Numbered from the whole stretch's first letter, positions 50,708 through 63,890 are shown. The stretch: 63,890 bases of DNA, filler included, from Octopus bimaculoides (GCF_001194135.2; 5 parts of 5 records of this genome joined end to end with filler, not necessarily neighbours in it); one strand, 5' to 3'. Translations and numbers: made by a program. The notes: a model not told the origin generated them from the sequence alone.

Positions 50708-51185
50708 CAGGGGTTGGACAAAATAATAGAAACACCTTAAAATTTCAAACAAATTAAATTGAAATGGAGTAGGACCGCCTTTGGCAATAATTACAGCTTG
50801 AACTCTACAAGGTGTGGACTCGTACAGAGTTTGAATTGTTCCCAAAGGAATTTTTGTCCATTCTTCAGCTAAAACAGTCTCCAGTTCTTGTAGTGATGAT
50901 GGTGGAGGATATCAACTCCTTACTTGTTTTTCTAAAATGCACCATGAATGTTCAATAATATTGAGATCTGGGGTCTGTGGTGGCCAGATAAGATGTTCAA
51001 CTTAACTAGAATGTTCCTCGTACCATTCAGTAACAACTTTAGCTGTGTGAATTGGTATATTATCATCCCGAAAGATTTCCTTTCCCTCCGGAAACAGTTC
51101 CACAACCATAGGATGAATTTGAACAGATAAAATGCTTAAATAGTCTTGATCATTAATTCTGCCATGGAGGGAAACCATTGGGCCG
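50708..51185 (-). mobile_element. Tc1-like transposon 3' half (DD34E region and TIR)
   Basis: FRDDNIPIHTAKVV.EW, WPPQTPDLNIIEH.W; TA-CAGGGGTTGGACAAAATAAT terminus at 50706-50727. Confidence 0.85.
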
Positions 51186-51897
51186 GCATATTTCCAAGAT
51201 ATAGCAACCCCTGTTGTACTCTTTCGCCCCAACTTTCTCTCACTCTTTCTTCCTGTTTCTTGAGTAACGCTGCGATGGACTGGCGTCCCGTCCAGCTGGG
51301 TGGGGACACATACGCCATAGAAACCGAGAAACTGGGCCCATGAGCCTGGCTAGGCTTTGAAAGGGCGACGTTTATCGTTATCTAGAAAAACAATATCTAG
51401 GACTCCATTTATTTGACATGTCCTTCCGTTGTTTTGTAATGTAGACCAACCCGATCGAGCAGTCGAATGTGTTATTCCTGCATTTCACTGTGTTTTCTTT
51501 TAAACCTGGTTAGGTGCAGCTTGAGGGAAAATTGGTTTCTATTTCTAACAGGTACAACGTACAAGTAAGCTGCTACATCAGTGGGCCGTTCTTCCGAGGT
51601 CGCTAAAACAAATAACCAGCTTATGTTTGCACCACTGTACACCCTCTCACCGATAAAACAGCAACCTTATGCCAATGTGAGAAATCATTATTTATATTGG
51701 GGTTCATGTTTATTTTTACTGCAATGAATGGACGAGAAAATATCTGTGTTTTAAAGAATTTGAAGATTGTTTGGAATTTATCATGATGTCATTGCACTAC
51801 TATGAGGTTTTTAAAAGACATGCATTGATGCCAGTAGCAAAAACAAAAATGAATCTACAGTGTTTATTATAAGTGGAATCTGAAACTGCATCCTTCA

Positions 51898-51937
<40 letters not shown>

Positions 51938-52006
51938 TTAAAGTGACCTTAAATATATATATATATATATATATATACATGCAGCCATGCACTTACATAA
52001 ATACAG

Positions 52007-52045
<39 letters not shown>

Positions 52046-52238
52046 CGCGTGTGTGTATTTATATACACACACATACACACACACGCACACGCATGCACGC
52101 ACACGCAAATATAAGCCATTTCTAACAGGTAGGATGACCACGTAGTGGTTTGGTAGTTCGCTCATCCTTCTGGGATTGGTAAAATAAATGTATGTATGCA
52201 CACGCCTACAAAAGTCTAAATAAATGTGCGGATGAATG

Positions 52239-52309
<71 letters not shown>
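52239..52309. repeat. (TAGA)n microsatellite
   Basis: Direct reading; a similar tract lies at ~56944-57000. Confidence 0.95.
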
Positions 52310-52310
<1 letters not shown>

Positions 52311-54370
52311 CGAGGTTACAGGTTTTAGCAAACAGTATATGCATACATAAATTTTATACATAGATGCATGTACAAGCAGTTCTGCTTTTCATGTAACAGT
52401 ACCCAGATTTGTGCTTACATGTTCAAATCATATGAATTCTGGTTTCACGCTTTTTTATTGTATACTCGTGAAAACGTATACATAGTGGATTATCTCGTTT
52501 AAAGGAATTCTTTTTAGCATTTCCTCATTCATTAGTCTTTTATTTCGAATGTGCACTCTGCATATTAGTGGAACCTCACTGGGCAGAGCAAGTGAATTTT
52601 AAGCATCTTGGGGTCGTATTTATGAGTGATGGGATGCAGGAGGCTGAATGGGATGATGGAATTGCAGGTAAAAAGGTAATGGTACAGTTACCTTCTGAAG
52701 TCATGCCCAACTGACCCTACTATACTGTGTAGTCGGCAAAATAAGAAACAAACAATGCGCATTCGCGAAATAAAAAATATGAAATGGCGACAATTTACCC
52801 ACCGCACCCTGTATACATGTATGTACGTATGTATACACAAGTAGTACTTAAATGCAAAACAATGAGGGAAAAATAGTACTCGAATACCAAAGTTAGAGTA
52901 GTATGATTTTTATTAAAGCCGGAAAGTTTTCCCAAAACTTCACGTTACTATTCGTCGGACAGTTATGATTATACTGACAGATATATAAAATGACGAAGGT
53001 GGCTAGACGCAATATGAAACTAAAAAGGAAAAATTCAGTTGTCCCTAATAGTGACTAAGGGTGCAGGAAAGCACCTACATTGCTTGAAACAAGAGTCAAA
53101 GTCTCTTATAGCCACGAAAACCACATTTCCTATGTACTGATAGGGAAGATAACCGCTCCACAGTGAGCGAGGTCACTGTACTAGCAAGCTAGTTTCGCTT
53201 GGAATTAAAACTCATCAGCAGTGATCCCTCCATCGCTTATGGTTAAGCTAAATCTTACCTATCAGCATATATAGTATTTACCATGATTCCGGTTTCAGTC
53301 CCACAGTGAGTGCTTTTATATACGTGCTGACTTATGTGTGTGCTTATAAAAAGACAAAGCGCTTCAAACATTGTGTAAAGCACATATTTTAACGACACAC
53401 GGAGCTATTACACAAAGTTTTGTAGACGAGAAAGTAAGAGTCTAATAAATCAGATGTCTGCAATAAATGAAACCTTAGCCGCGTTCGACTTGAAGGTTGC
53501 TTCCTTGTAGATTGCATGTTCAAACTGCGAACGCGCTAGTATATATATATATATNNNNNNNNNNNNNNNNNNNNNNNNNNNNNNNNNNNNNNNNNNNNNN
53601 NNNNNNNNNNNNNNNNNNNNNNNNNNNNNNNNNNNNNNNNNNNNNNNNNNNNNNNNNNNNNNNNNNNNNNNNNNNNNNNNNNNNNNNNNNNNNNNNNNNN
53701 NNNNNNNNNNNNNNNNNNNNNNNNNNNNNNNNNNNNNNNNNNNNNNNNNNNNNNNNNNNNNNNNNNNNNNNNNNNNNNNNNNNNNNNNNNNNNNNNNNNN
53801 NNNNNNNNNNNNNNNNNNNNNNNNNNNNNNNNNNNNNNNNNNNNNNNNNNNNNNNNNNNNNNNNNNNNNNNNNNNNNNNNNNNNNNNNNNNNNNNNNNNN
53901 NNNNNNNNNNNNNNNNNNNNNNNNNNNNNNNNNNNNNNNNNNNNNNNNNNNNNNNNNNNNNNNNNNNNNNNNNNNNNNNNNNNNNNNNNNNNNNNNNNNN
54001 NNNNNNNNNNNNNNNNNNNNNNNNNNNNNNNNNNNNNNNNNNNNNNNNNNNNNNNNNNNNNNNNNNNNNNNNNNNNNNNNNNNNNNNNNNNNNNNNNNNN
54101 NNNNNNNNNNNNNNNNNNNNNNNNNNNNNNNNNNNNNNNNNNNNNNNNNNNNNNNNNNNNNNNNNNNNNNNNNNNNNNNNNNNNNNNNNNNNNNNNNNNN
54201 NNNNNNNNNNNNNNNNNNNNNNNNNNNNNNNNNNNNNNNNNNNNNNNNNNNNNNNNNNNNNNNNNNNNNNNNNNNNNNNNNNNNNNNNNNNNNNNNNNNN
54301 NNNNNNNNNNNNNNNNNNNNNNNNNNNNNNNNNNNNNNNNNNNNNNNNNNNNNNNNNNNNNNNNNNNNNN

Positions 54371-54423
<53 letters not shown>

Positions 54424-55023
54424 CGTGTGTGTGTGAATGTGCGTGTGTGTGTTTTCTTGCTTTGCATTTATATAATGTTTCCTTCCTCTGCTGTTATAAT
54501 TCCTGTGAATTCGCATAATGGCAAAGAAGGGTAAACGTGTAGTTGTTTGCCAATATCAGAAACCATGTGAAAAGATATGCAGCTGAACGAGTTTTTAATA
54601 TGATTGTGTGAGTGTACGTTTGTTGTGTTCCGCGCTCCTAACTCTGTATTTATGTGTGTGCATTAGCGTATTTGCTTATATTAGAGCGTGTCTTTGTCCA
54701 TATATATATATATATATTATATCATATATTATGTATTAGTTTTGTTTATATATTATTAATTATAAATCAAGAACCATATACGGCCAAAATGTTAACGGAC
54801 GGTTTCGTATGAAATTCGGTTTCCTAAACGGATAGAATAATTAAATACTTTGTTGACCGGATGTGTATAGCTTACACTGTTTTGATATCGTCTCTTTCTT
54901 TATACCGTGTGCGTTCTGTTTCTGACTAATGAACTTTTCTCAAACAATACACACACACCCACAAAGCCACACACACACACACAAAGACACACACAAAGAC
55001 ACACACACACACACACTTATATA

Positions 55024-55265
55024 CAGGGTTGGCCAAAAGTCACCTGATAGTAAATCAAGACCATTTAATTCCAAGATTAAAACAAAAAGAAAATTATTTT
55101 ATATAAGACTTCGCTAATAAATAGACAAATGTTGAAAAGAAAACGGTGATTTTAGCTCACAGCATTCAATTATTAAACATTCATAAGTGCAATGAATACA
55201 TAAAAATGAATATTAAGTATTTATGGAACTTTGATTTACTGTCGAATGACTTTTGGTCAACCCTA
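55024..55265. mobile_element. Tc1/mariner-type MITE, 19-bp TIRs, TA target duplication
   Basis: TA-CAGGGTTGGCCAAAAGTCA ... TGACTTTTGGTCAACCCTA-TA (2 mismatches); non-coding interior. Confidence 0.8.
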
Positions 55266-55308
55266 TATATATATATGTATATATGTGTGTATTATATATA
55301 TATACAAT

Positions 55309-55977
55309 GGAGTGGCTGTGTGGTAAGTAGCTTGCTTACCAACCACATGGTTCCGGGTTCAGTCCCACTGCGTGGCACCTTGGGCAAGTGTCTTCTACTA
55401 TAGCCTCGGGCCGACCAAAGCCTTGTGAATGGATTTGGTAGACGGAAACTGAAAGAACCCCGTCGTATATATGTATATGTATATATGTATGTGTGTCTGT
55501 GTGTCTGTGTTTGTCCCCCCCCCCATCATCGCTTGACAACCGATGCTGGTATGTTTATGTCCCCGAAACTTAGCGGTTCGGCAAAAGAGACCGATAAAAT
55601 AAGTACTAGGCTTACAAAGAATAAGTCCTGGGGTCGANNNNNNNNNNTGTCTTCTACTATAGCCTCGGGCCGACCAAAGCCTTGTGAATGGATTTGGTAG
55701 ACGGAAACTGAAAGAACCCCGTCGTATATATGTATATGTATATATGTATGTGTGTCTGTGTGTCTGTGTTTGTCCCCCCCCCCATCATCGCTTGACAACC
55801 GATGCTGGTATGTTTATGTCCCCGAAACTTAGCGGTTCGGCAAAAGAGACCGATAAAATAAGTACTAGGCTTACAAAGAATAAGTCCTGGGGTCGATTTG
55901 TTCGACTAAAGGCGGTGCTCCAGCACGGCCGCAGTCAAATGACTGAAACAAGTAAAAGAGTAAAGAGTAAAGAGTAT
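55309..55977 (+). mobile_element. SINE family B with apparent artefactual internal duplication
   Basis: 55389-55637 appears identical to 55648-55896 across a 10-N gap. Confidence 0.85.
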
Positions 55978-56068
55978 AGTTGGAATTTACAAAAAAATAA
56001 AAAACAAAAGACGAAGACAAATATGTAAACAACAAATAGGTGTATTAGCTCGGGAAGGTGGGAAAGCT

Positions 56069-56102
56069 TTTTACGTTTCGAGCCTACGCTCTTCAACAGA
56101 AA
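56069..56102 (-). ncRNA. Minimal hammerhead-like motif in PLE-type terminal repeat
   Basis: Minus strand TTT-CTGTTGA-A-GAGC-GTAG-GCTC-GAAA-CGTA-AAA; A6U mutation. Confidence 0.55.
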
Positions 56103-56373
56103 TGAACACGAGAAAATAAACAGAGAGAGAAAGAGAGAGAAAGAAAAAAGTTTTAGTGGCTAGCGGTCAATCATGATGATTGTAGTTGGTCACTTCTTAT
56201 GGATTGTAGTGGGATATTTCGAGGAAAGGAAATTCTTGCGGTGAAGGGATGTTCTGCAGGAATATAAATAAAACATAAGAAGCAGACAGTGTTGGAGCTC
56301 TTTTAAACAAAATAATATATTCCTCTATACACAATCATACAAAAAAACCACCTTCTTTGTATTTATTTTTACT

Positions 56374-56419
<46 letters not shown>

Positions 56420-56662
56420 CATGCATACACATAGACATACCTTAATTTGCGTTGGTAATTGGTTTCTAAACATACGACTTAACTCAAAGAAAAAAGAACC
56501 ACTTAACACAAAGAAAAATACTCTTAAGAATTCATTAATTTATATCTCTTTTAATAAATGCTTTGTACATATTTTCACGCGGATTTTTATTTGATTTTCC
56601 ACTTTGGTATTATTAAATTTTAGGCCGCCTTTTCATTTTTGCCTTTGATCTTTGTCTTGTAT

Positions 56663-56941
56663 TTGTTTCGGTCATTTGACTGCGGCCATGCTGGGGCACC
56701 GCCTTGAAGAATTTTAGTCGAATGCCCCGCACCCAGTACTTATTTTGTTTTAAAGCTTATTCTATCTGTCTTCTGCCGAACCGCTAAGTTACGGGGACGT
56801 AAACACACCAACAGCGGTTGTCAAGCGGTACTGGGGGACAAACAGAAAGACACACACACACACACATACACACGCATATACGCATAGATAGATAGACAGA
56901 CAGGCAGACAGACATACAGACAGACAGACAGACAGACAGAC

Positions 56942-57002
<61 letters not shown>

Positions 57003-57063
57003 TACGACGGGCTTCTTTCAATTTATGTCTGCCAAATCCACTCACAATGCTTTGTTCGACCCG
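56663..57063 (-). mobile_element. SINE family B with expanded internal (TCTA)n
   Basis: Tail TTGTTTCGGTCATTTGACTGCGGCCATGCTGG...; ACGACGGGCTTCTTTCA before the gap. Confidence 0.8.
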
Positions 57064-57625
57064 NNNNNNNNNNNNNNNNNNNNNNNNNNNNNNNNNNNNN
57101 NNNNNNNNNNNNNNNNNNNNNNNNNNNNNNNNNNNNNNNNNNNNNNNNNNNNNNNNNNNNNNNNNNNNNNNNNNNNNNNNNNNNNNNNNNNNNNNNNNNN
57201 NNNNNNNNNNNNNNNNNNNNNNNNNNNNNNNNNNNNNNNNNNNNNNNNNNNNNNNNNNNNNNNNNNNNNNNNNNNNNNNNNNNNNNNNNNNNNNNNNNNN
57301 NNNNNNNNNNNNNNNNNNNNNNNNNNNNNNNNNNNNNNNNNNNNNNNNNNNNNNNNNNNNNNNNNNNNNNNNNNNNNNNNNNNNNNNNNNNNNNNNNNNN
57401 NNNNNNNNNNNNNNNNNNNNNNNNNNNNNNNNNNNNNNNNNNNNNNNNNNNNNNNNNNNNNNNNNNNNNNNNNNNNNNNNNNNNNNNNNNNNNNNNNNNN
57501 NNNNNNNNNNNNNNNNNNNNNNNNNNNNNNNNNNNNNNNNNNNNNNNNNNNNNNNNNNNNNNNNNNNNNNNNNNNNNNNNNNNNNNNNNNNNNNNNNNNN
57601 NNNNNNNNNNNNNNNNNNNNNNNNN

Positions 57626-57666
<41 letters not shown>

Positions 57667-57669
<3 letters not shown>

Positions 57670-57995
57670 GGCACTCCGTCGGTTACGACGATGAGTATTC
57701 CAATTTATCCGATCAATGGAATGGCCTCCTCGTGAAATCAACATGCAAGTGGCTGAGCACTCCACAGACATGCGTACCCTTAATGCTGCTCTCGCGGGCA
57801 TTTAATGTGACTCAGAATGGGTCATCAAGTCTGGTCCTTTTGAAATGCCAGTACAACTCATTTTTGCCAGCTGAGTGGACCACAGCAGCGTGAAATAAAG
57901 TGCCTAGCTCAAAGATGCAACTCGCTGCCGGGAATTGAATTTACAACCTTACGATTGTGAGCCAAATAATCTAACCACTAACCCACGCGCTTACC
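57667..57995 (-). mobile_element. SINE family C (diverged)
   Basis: ACTGGCACTCCGTCGGTTACGACG...GCAAGTGGCTGAGCACTCCACAGAC matches 3822-4195. Confidence 0.8.
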
Positions 57996-59049
57996 ATATG
58001 TGTGCATGTGTGTACGATGGTCTTCTTTCAGTTTTCGTCTACCAATATTCACTCACGAGGCTTTGGTCGATAAGAGGCTATAGTAGAAGACACTTGCTCA
58101 AGGTGTGCCACACGGGGGGACTGAACCTAGAACCACATGGTTAGAAAGCAAACTTTTTATGCGTGGGTGGGTATCTTGGAGTATTGTCTATGCATGTGAC
58201 AGATACTGTAGATTAGTAAGATAAGTTTCTGACAAAGCGAGCAACAAAGATATTGTTTATTCCTCAATTATTTTAACATCACTTCATCAAAGTAATATTC
58301 TCTCATGATCTTGGGGAAAACTTACGCATTTCAGTATCTCATTCTTTCTAACCTCGTCTAAAATATTACACGATTTTTGTGCTTATTAATAAAACAGACG
58401 AGTAGGCGAGAGAAAAAAAGCAACAGCAGAGCAGACTATGATTTATTTTATTCTAAGAAGCGTGTAAACGTTAATGAAAAGTGTGTCCACCTGCAAGAGA
58501 AACTTGACCGAATCAAGGACAAAGGGAAATGATAAGCTTCAAATAACAGTGCTATAAACAATATTGGACAGGATGTCGGCTGCTGTTCCCGACATCTTAG
58601 TTAAAAAGCAACACTCATAGGTATCCACTTGTACATAGAAAGAATAAAAGTTCCGGTCAGCCTCACTTTGATTTACCATCGGCAACGAACTAACGAGTTT
58701 AAATAAAAGAACCACAATACACAACTTCACACAATAAAATATGATACAGTGTGAATGTAAATAAAATGGAATGATACAGAAAAGAAAAATGGCGTTCAAT
58801 AGAAGTGTATATATTATGCATATGCATAGGCATATATTTTATGTATAGATTGTTTCAACTGGTGTACAGATTTTATATATTACGAAAAAGGAGGTGGTCG
58901 TAATTTTGGATAATTATTTATCTAGCGTTTTCATCTCGTTTCAGTGATTCATCAGAAATTAATCTGTTAAACGAAATGGAAGCTCTCACTAAAAAAAATG
59001 ATTATCCAAAATTCTGACTTCCTCCTTTTTTCTTCATACATATATGTAC

Positions 59050-59093
<44 letters not shown>

Positions 59094-59194
59094 ACACACA
59101 CACATATATATACACACACACACACACACATACACACACACACACACACACACTTCTGTGTGTATCTACTACATATGTGGGAAATTCTGTCTGT

Positions 59195-59424
59195 GGGTGT
59201 GTTTGTGTAGTTGTTAGCTACCTCCCACTATATCCTTTTATCAATTTTTATGAAACTTGACACGTGAGTAGAATTCATGTCTGGAAACCTCATGACATAC
59301 TCAGATTGTTGAAAAAATCGATAATAGGGCCCCTGGAAGGGATCCTTATATATATATCTAATATATTCTATTTTAAAAACCAAGTGAAATAACTCATTCA
59401 CCCTTGGAAGGGATCCTTATATAT
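59195..59424. repeat. Non-autonomous repeat end with duplicated GGAAGGGATCCTTATATATA motif
   Basis: Motif at ~59336 and ~59405; inverted copy at 6820-6975. Confidence 0.7.
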
Positions 59425-60024
59425 AGCCAATAGAAATAAGCCATTTATTTTCCTAAACTATTTGGTAAAATTAAATTGAGTATGCTTATTTCTTAGTGGC
59501 GATGGTGGTGGTAGTGGGTGTGAATGGTGGTGGTGGTGGTGGTGGTGTCATTAGTGATGTCTGATTTAAAGAAGATTTGACTGCTATTTCTTGCAAGCAA
59601 AGCGACCATGTTTGTTAGTTATAAATTTGTGTTTTTAACTTCGAGAGAAATAATAGCTTCTTGGCAAGAGTCAGCTTGAAATATCGATTCGCAAACTGTT
59701 TTCCCGTTTTTACTTGCGTTATTTCTGATGGGATAATTATATTCATAAATAAACAAATAAATGCATGAAAACATTCGCGTGTATGTGTGTGTGGGGGGGG
59801 TCTATATGTTTGCATGTATATATATTTTTTTTTACTTTTATATATATATATGTACACATATACAAGATACATCAAAAAGTATCCGACTCATTTGTTCCCG
59901 CCAAAACTAATGCTGCGTGGTCAAAATCCTGAGAGGGAGATGATGCCACCCTTCATTTCCATGAGTGGAAATTTTTACACCGATAGGCAGGGTCGTGTTG
60001 GAGGGGGGGGAGGAGAGAAAGATG

Positions 60025-60060
60025 GTTTAATGTTTCGAGCAAACGCTCTTCTTCGGAAAC
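60025..60060 (-). ncRNA. Minimal type I hammerhead-like motif
   Basis: Minus strand GTTT-CCGAAGA-A-GAGC-GTTT-GCTC-GAAA-CATT-AAAC; upstream TTGGACTTTCCT is shared with 17771-17782. Confidence 0.6.
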
Positions 60061-60308
60061 ACAGGAAAGTCCAATAGAAAGAAAGACAGAGGAAGAAAAT
60101 CGCCAAAGATTCACATATGGCTACATTTATATTCATTAATTACCAATATATATAAACAGACACACACATATAGAAAACATGAATATATACATATATAGAT
60201 AGATAAAAGATATCTATATAGATACACATGTACTTATATATGTGTCCGTAAATGTATATCTGTATAGGAATAGATGCATGCGTATAAGTATGTATAGTTA
60301 TATATATA

Positions 60309-60819
60309 GGTGCAGGAGTGGCTGTGTGGTAAGTAGCTTGCTTCCCAACCACATGGTTCCGGGTTCAGTCCCACTGCGTGGCACCTTAGGCAAGTGTCTT
60401 CTACTATAGCCTCGGGCCCACCAAAGCCTTGTGAGTGGATTTGATAGACGGAAACTGAAAGAAACCCGTCATATATGTGTGTATGTATTTATATTTGAGT
60501 GTGTGTGTGTATTTTTATATATTTGTGTGTGTGTGTTTCTCTGTGTGTCCCTCTACCATCGATTGACAACCGATGTTGGTGTGTTTATGTCTCCATAACC
60601 TAGAGGTTCAGCCAAAAAGACCGATTGAATAAGTACTAAAATTTAAAAGAATAAGTCCTGGGGTGGTGGGCAAGTATCTACTACTATAGCCTCGGGCCCA
60701 CCAAAGCCTTGTGAGTGGATTTGGTAGACGGAAGCTGAAAGAAGCCCGTCGTATATATGTATATGTATATATATATGTGTGTGTGTGTGTGTGTTTGTGT
60801 GTCTGTGTTTGTCCCCTCA
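60309..60819 (+). mobile_element. Two tandem family B SINE copies, second partial and ending at a gap
   Basis: CTACTATAGCCTCGGGCCCACCAAAGCC recurs at ~60401 and ~60681 with diverged downstream sequence. Confidence 0.8.
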
Positions 60820-62389
60820 NNNNNNNNNNNNNNNNNNNNNNNNNNNNNNNNNNNNNNNNNNNNTTAATTAATTAANNNNNNNNNNNNNNNNNNNNNNNNN
60901 NNNNNNNNNNNNNNNNNNNCCGTACATACATACATGGTAACGTTCATACATGCTAACATACATACATACATATATGTGATAGAGTAATTGAAAAGATAAG
61001 TGCGACAAGGACGGGTATGACAGATGCGGTTCTGTCTTCGAGAGCGAAAACACGCATTTTCACAAATAAAGAGCTACACACATTTATAATATATAATGCA
61101 TATTACTGTTATTGTTAATATCATTGTTTTTTCTGTTTTTGTTATCGTTATTGTTATTGTTGTATTTCTACCTTTTTATTTAATACACAATATTCACTTT
61201 ACTAAAATGTCTTGTCAGGAATTATTAATATTGTAGTTGGGAGGTTTGCAGTTGCGATGAACTTCGGTTTTCGGTGGATAAGTGCTAGTAATTTCAACCT
61301 TAAATGTGGGCTCAAGTGTCATTTTGTTCCATAATGTAAGAAGAGATTTTAAAATCTGTCAGTTGATGTTTCTGAAGAATTTTGCAGAATGAATTGAAAA
61401 TAACCAAAATAAGAAGGGAAAAAAAAAAATTGAAATTGTAAAGGAAAGAAAATTGTAAAGACACACAAAAACAAACTGTGTTTGGGAGGGGGGAGATCGT
61501 GTGTGTGTGTCTGTTGTAGTGTNNNNNNNNNNNNNNNNNNNNNNNNNNNNNNNNNNNNNNNNNNNNNNNNNNNNNNNNNNNNNNNNNNNNNNNNNNNNNN
61601 NNNNNNNNNNNNNNNNNNNNNNNNNNNNNNNNNNNNNNNNNNNNNNNNNNNNNNNNNNNNNNNNNNNNNNNNNNNNNNNNNNNNNNNNNNNNNNNNNNNN
61701 NNNNNNNNNNNNNNNNNNNNNNNNNNNNNNNNNNNNNNNNNNNNNNNNNNNNNNNNNNNNNNNNNNNNNNNNNNNNNNNNNNNNNNNNNNNNNNNNNNNN
61801 NNNNNNNNNNNNNNNNNNNNNNNNNNNNNNNNNNNNNNNNNNNNNNNNNNNNNNNNNNNNNNNNNNNNNNNNNNNNNNNNNNNNNNNNNNNNNNNNNNNN
61901 NNNNNNNNNNNNNNNNNNNNNNNNNNNNNNNNNNNNNNNNNNNNNNNNNNNNNNNNNNNNNNNNNNNNNNNNNNNNNNNNNNNNNNNNNNNNNNNNNNNN
62001 NNNNNNNNNNNNNNNNNNNNNNNNNNNNNNNNNNNNNNNNNNNNNNNNNNNNNNNNNNNNNNNNNNNNNNNNNNNNNNNNNNNNNNNNNNNNNNNNNNNN
62101 NNNNNNNNNNNNNNNNNNNNNNNNNNNNNNNNNNNNNNNNNNNNNNNNNNNNNNNNNNNNNNNNNNNNNNNNNNNNNNNNNNNNNNNNNNNNNNNNNNNN
62201 NNNNNNNNNNNNNNNNNNNNNNNNNNNNNNNNNNNNNNNNNNNNNNNNNNNNNNNNNNNNNNNNNNNNNNNNNNNNNNNNNNNNNNNNNNNNNNNNNNNN
62301 NNNNNNNNNNNNNNNNNNNNNNNNNNNNCAACAACAACAACAAAAAGAACAAGAACAAGAACAAGAACAAGAAGCAAAACAACAACAGG

Positions 62390-62505
62390 AATATAGTGAT
62401 GATGATGATGATGATGATGATGAAGAAGAAGAAGAAGAAGAAGAAGAAGAAGAAGAAGAAGAAGAAGAAGAAGAAGAAGAAGAAGAAGAAGAAGAAGAAG
62501 AAGAA
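62390..62505. repeat. Compound (GAT)n(GAA)n microsatellite
   Basis: Direct reading; similar (AAG)n tracts at ~25083-25143, ~33006-33068 and ~33423-33520. Confidence 0.95.
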
Positions 62506-63890
62506 ATGCTGGAGTATGAAAATGTATGGTAGTAATAATAGAAGTCGTTAAGACGCAGAAGTCGTTAAGACGCAGAAGACGCTGAAAATGGTTAAGAAAG
62601 AGACGAGGAAAGGACGAAGAGTTAAAGGGGAGGGGAAAAGGAGAAGACAACAAATGTGAGGCAAGGAAAAAGTATATTTTCCATGTTCTAGAAGAAGATG
62701 GACAAGTCGAAGATGAGAAGTGCGAGATGATGAGGAGAAAGGAGAAAGAGGGACACTCTGTGTGAGTGAGTGTGTGTGTNNNNNNNNNNNNNNNNNNNNN
62801 NNNNNNNNNNNNNNNNNNNNNNNTTAATTAATTAANNNNNNNNNNNNNNNNNNNNNNNNNNNNNNNNNNNNNNNNNNNNTATATATATATATATATATAT
62901 TTATATACACACACAAACATATATGTATATATATTGTATAAATATACTTATATATTCATATGTATTTACGTACGCTTAAAAATCCACACACACATATATA
63001 TGTATGTCTGTTTATGCCTACATTTAGAGGTGTATGTTTGTATTTGTGTATTAGTGTGCGTCCGCAATGATGTATATGTAACGTAACAGTTATTAACTAT
63101 TCATCAATAATATATGATGTTTATCATTGAAGAATATACATGCACTAACATACAGCACACCCATTGCACACTTAATATATTTATAAATACTATATATGCA
63201 TTTATATACGTATACATATGTATACATACTTATCCTTCGTGCTTCCGTGTAAGCTGTATGTACCCGTACATACGAACGTATTTATCACACATAAATTTTC
63301 GCATTGCTTGCACTTGGTTGACTCCTTCGACAAAAGATTAAAGAGAGGAGGGAATTTTTTAACACAACTAAATCATCGCTTAACAGTGTTCACACACGCG
63401 CGCACACACTCACACGCACGCACGCACGCACGCACAAATTCTAGTTTTCGTTGCGCAAATCTAGTTTACAAACTTCATAGTCTCTTCGTTGATTATAGGT
63501 TTCTTAATACATCATAAGTCATTGCATGTTTGTTGATCATTGGGACACTAATTCTGGTAAGGGCTATTGTTGTTTGAGGGTTACTCTGTTATGGAAATTT
63601 GTGGCTGATATATATGTATATATACGTTGTTCGAAAAAAGTTCGTTTTCTGTTTTCGTCTTTATATTTTCGTTTCTCATTGTTTAACGCTTTTTTTTTGT
63701 GATATCCTGTACCCATATATGCATGTATGTATACATATAGATGTATGTATATAGTTATATGTATGGATATATGCATATGTTTATATATTATTCATATTAT
63801 ATTCACCGCCAAAATTCCGTGCATTGTACCTAACGGTTTCTGTGTGTTTTAGATGGCTTATAAACACCTTCCACACTGCAATTGCATATA

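Noticed and set aside
52930-52990. Hammerhead-like CCGACGA...GTGAAG on the minus strand (also GACGAAGAGC near 30715)
   Set aside because: No helix II pairing or GAAA in register; too degenerate to call.
55389-55896. Apparent 249-bp tandem duplication
   Set aside because: The copies appear identical and are separated by a 10-N gap, typical of unmerged overlapping contig ends.

Overview
AT-rich, repeat-saturated animal genomic scaffold with many N-gaps. The SINE families, microsatellite density and LINE types resemble a coleoid cephalopod (octopus-like) genome; that assignment is my inference. I recognise no intact host gene. The window holds tRNA-derived SINEs, microsatellites, decayed LINEs (R4/Dong-like RLE, RTE, Tx1/L1), Penelope-like elements (PLEs) and DNA transposon remnants (piggyBac, Merlin/IS1595-like, hAT, Tc1/mariner). 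Four things stand out. (1) An ~11 kb block (10.5-21.6 kb) contains about 11 decayed element fragments, all on the + strand, with no recognisable SINE. It ends in a parvovirus NS1-like endogenous viral fragment and may be a piRNA-cluster-like locus or a composite cargo unit. (2) A 480-bp imperfect foldback (44606-45085) carries a hammerhead-ribozyme fold on each strand. (3) A dispersed family of minimal hammerhead motifs is linked to PLEs. (4) A run of co-oriented R4/Dong-like LINEs sits in (TAA)n tracts. Element boundaries were read by eye and are approximate unless a motif is quoted.
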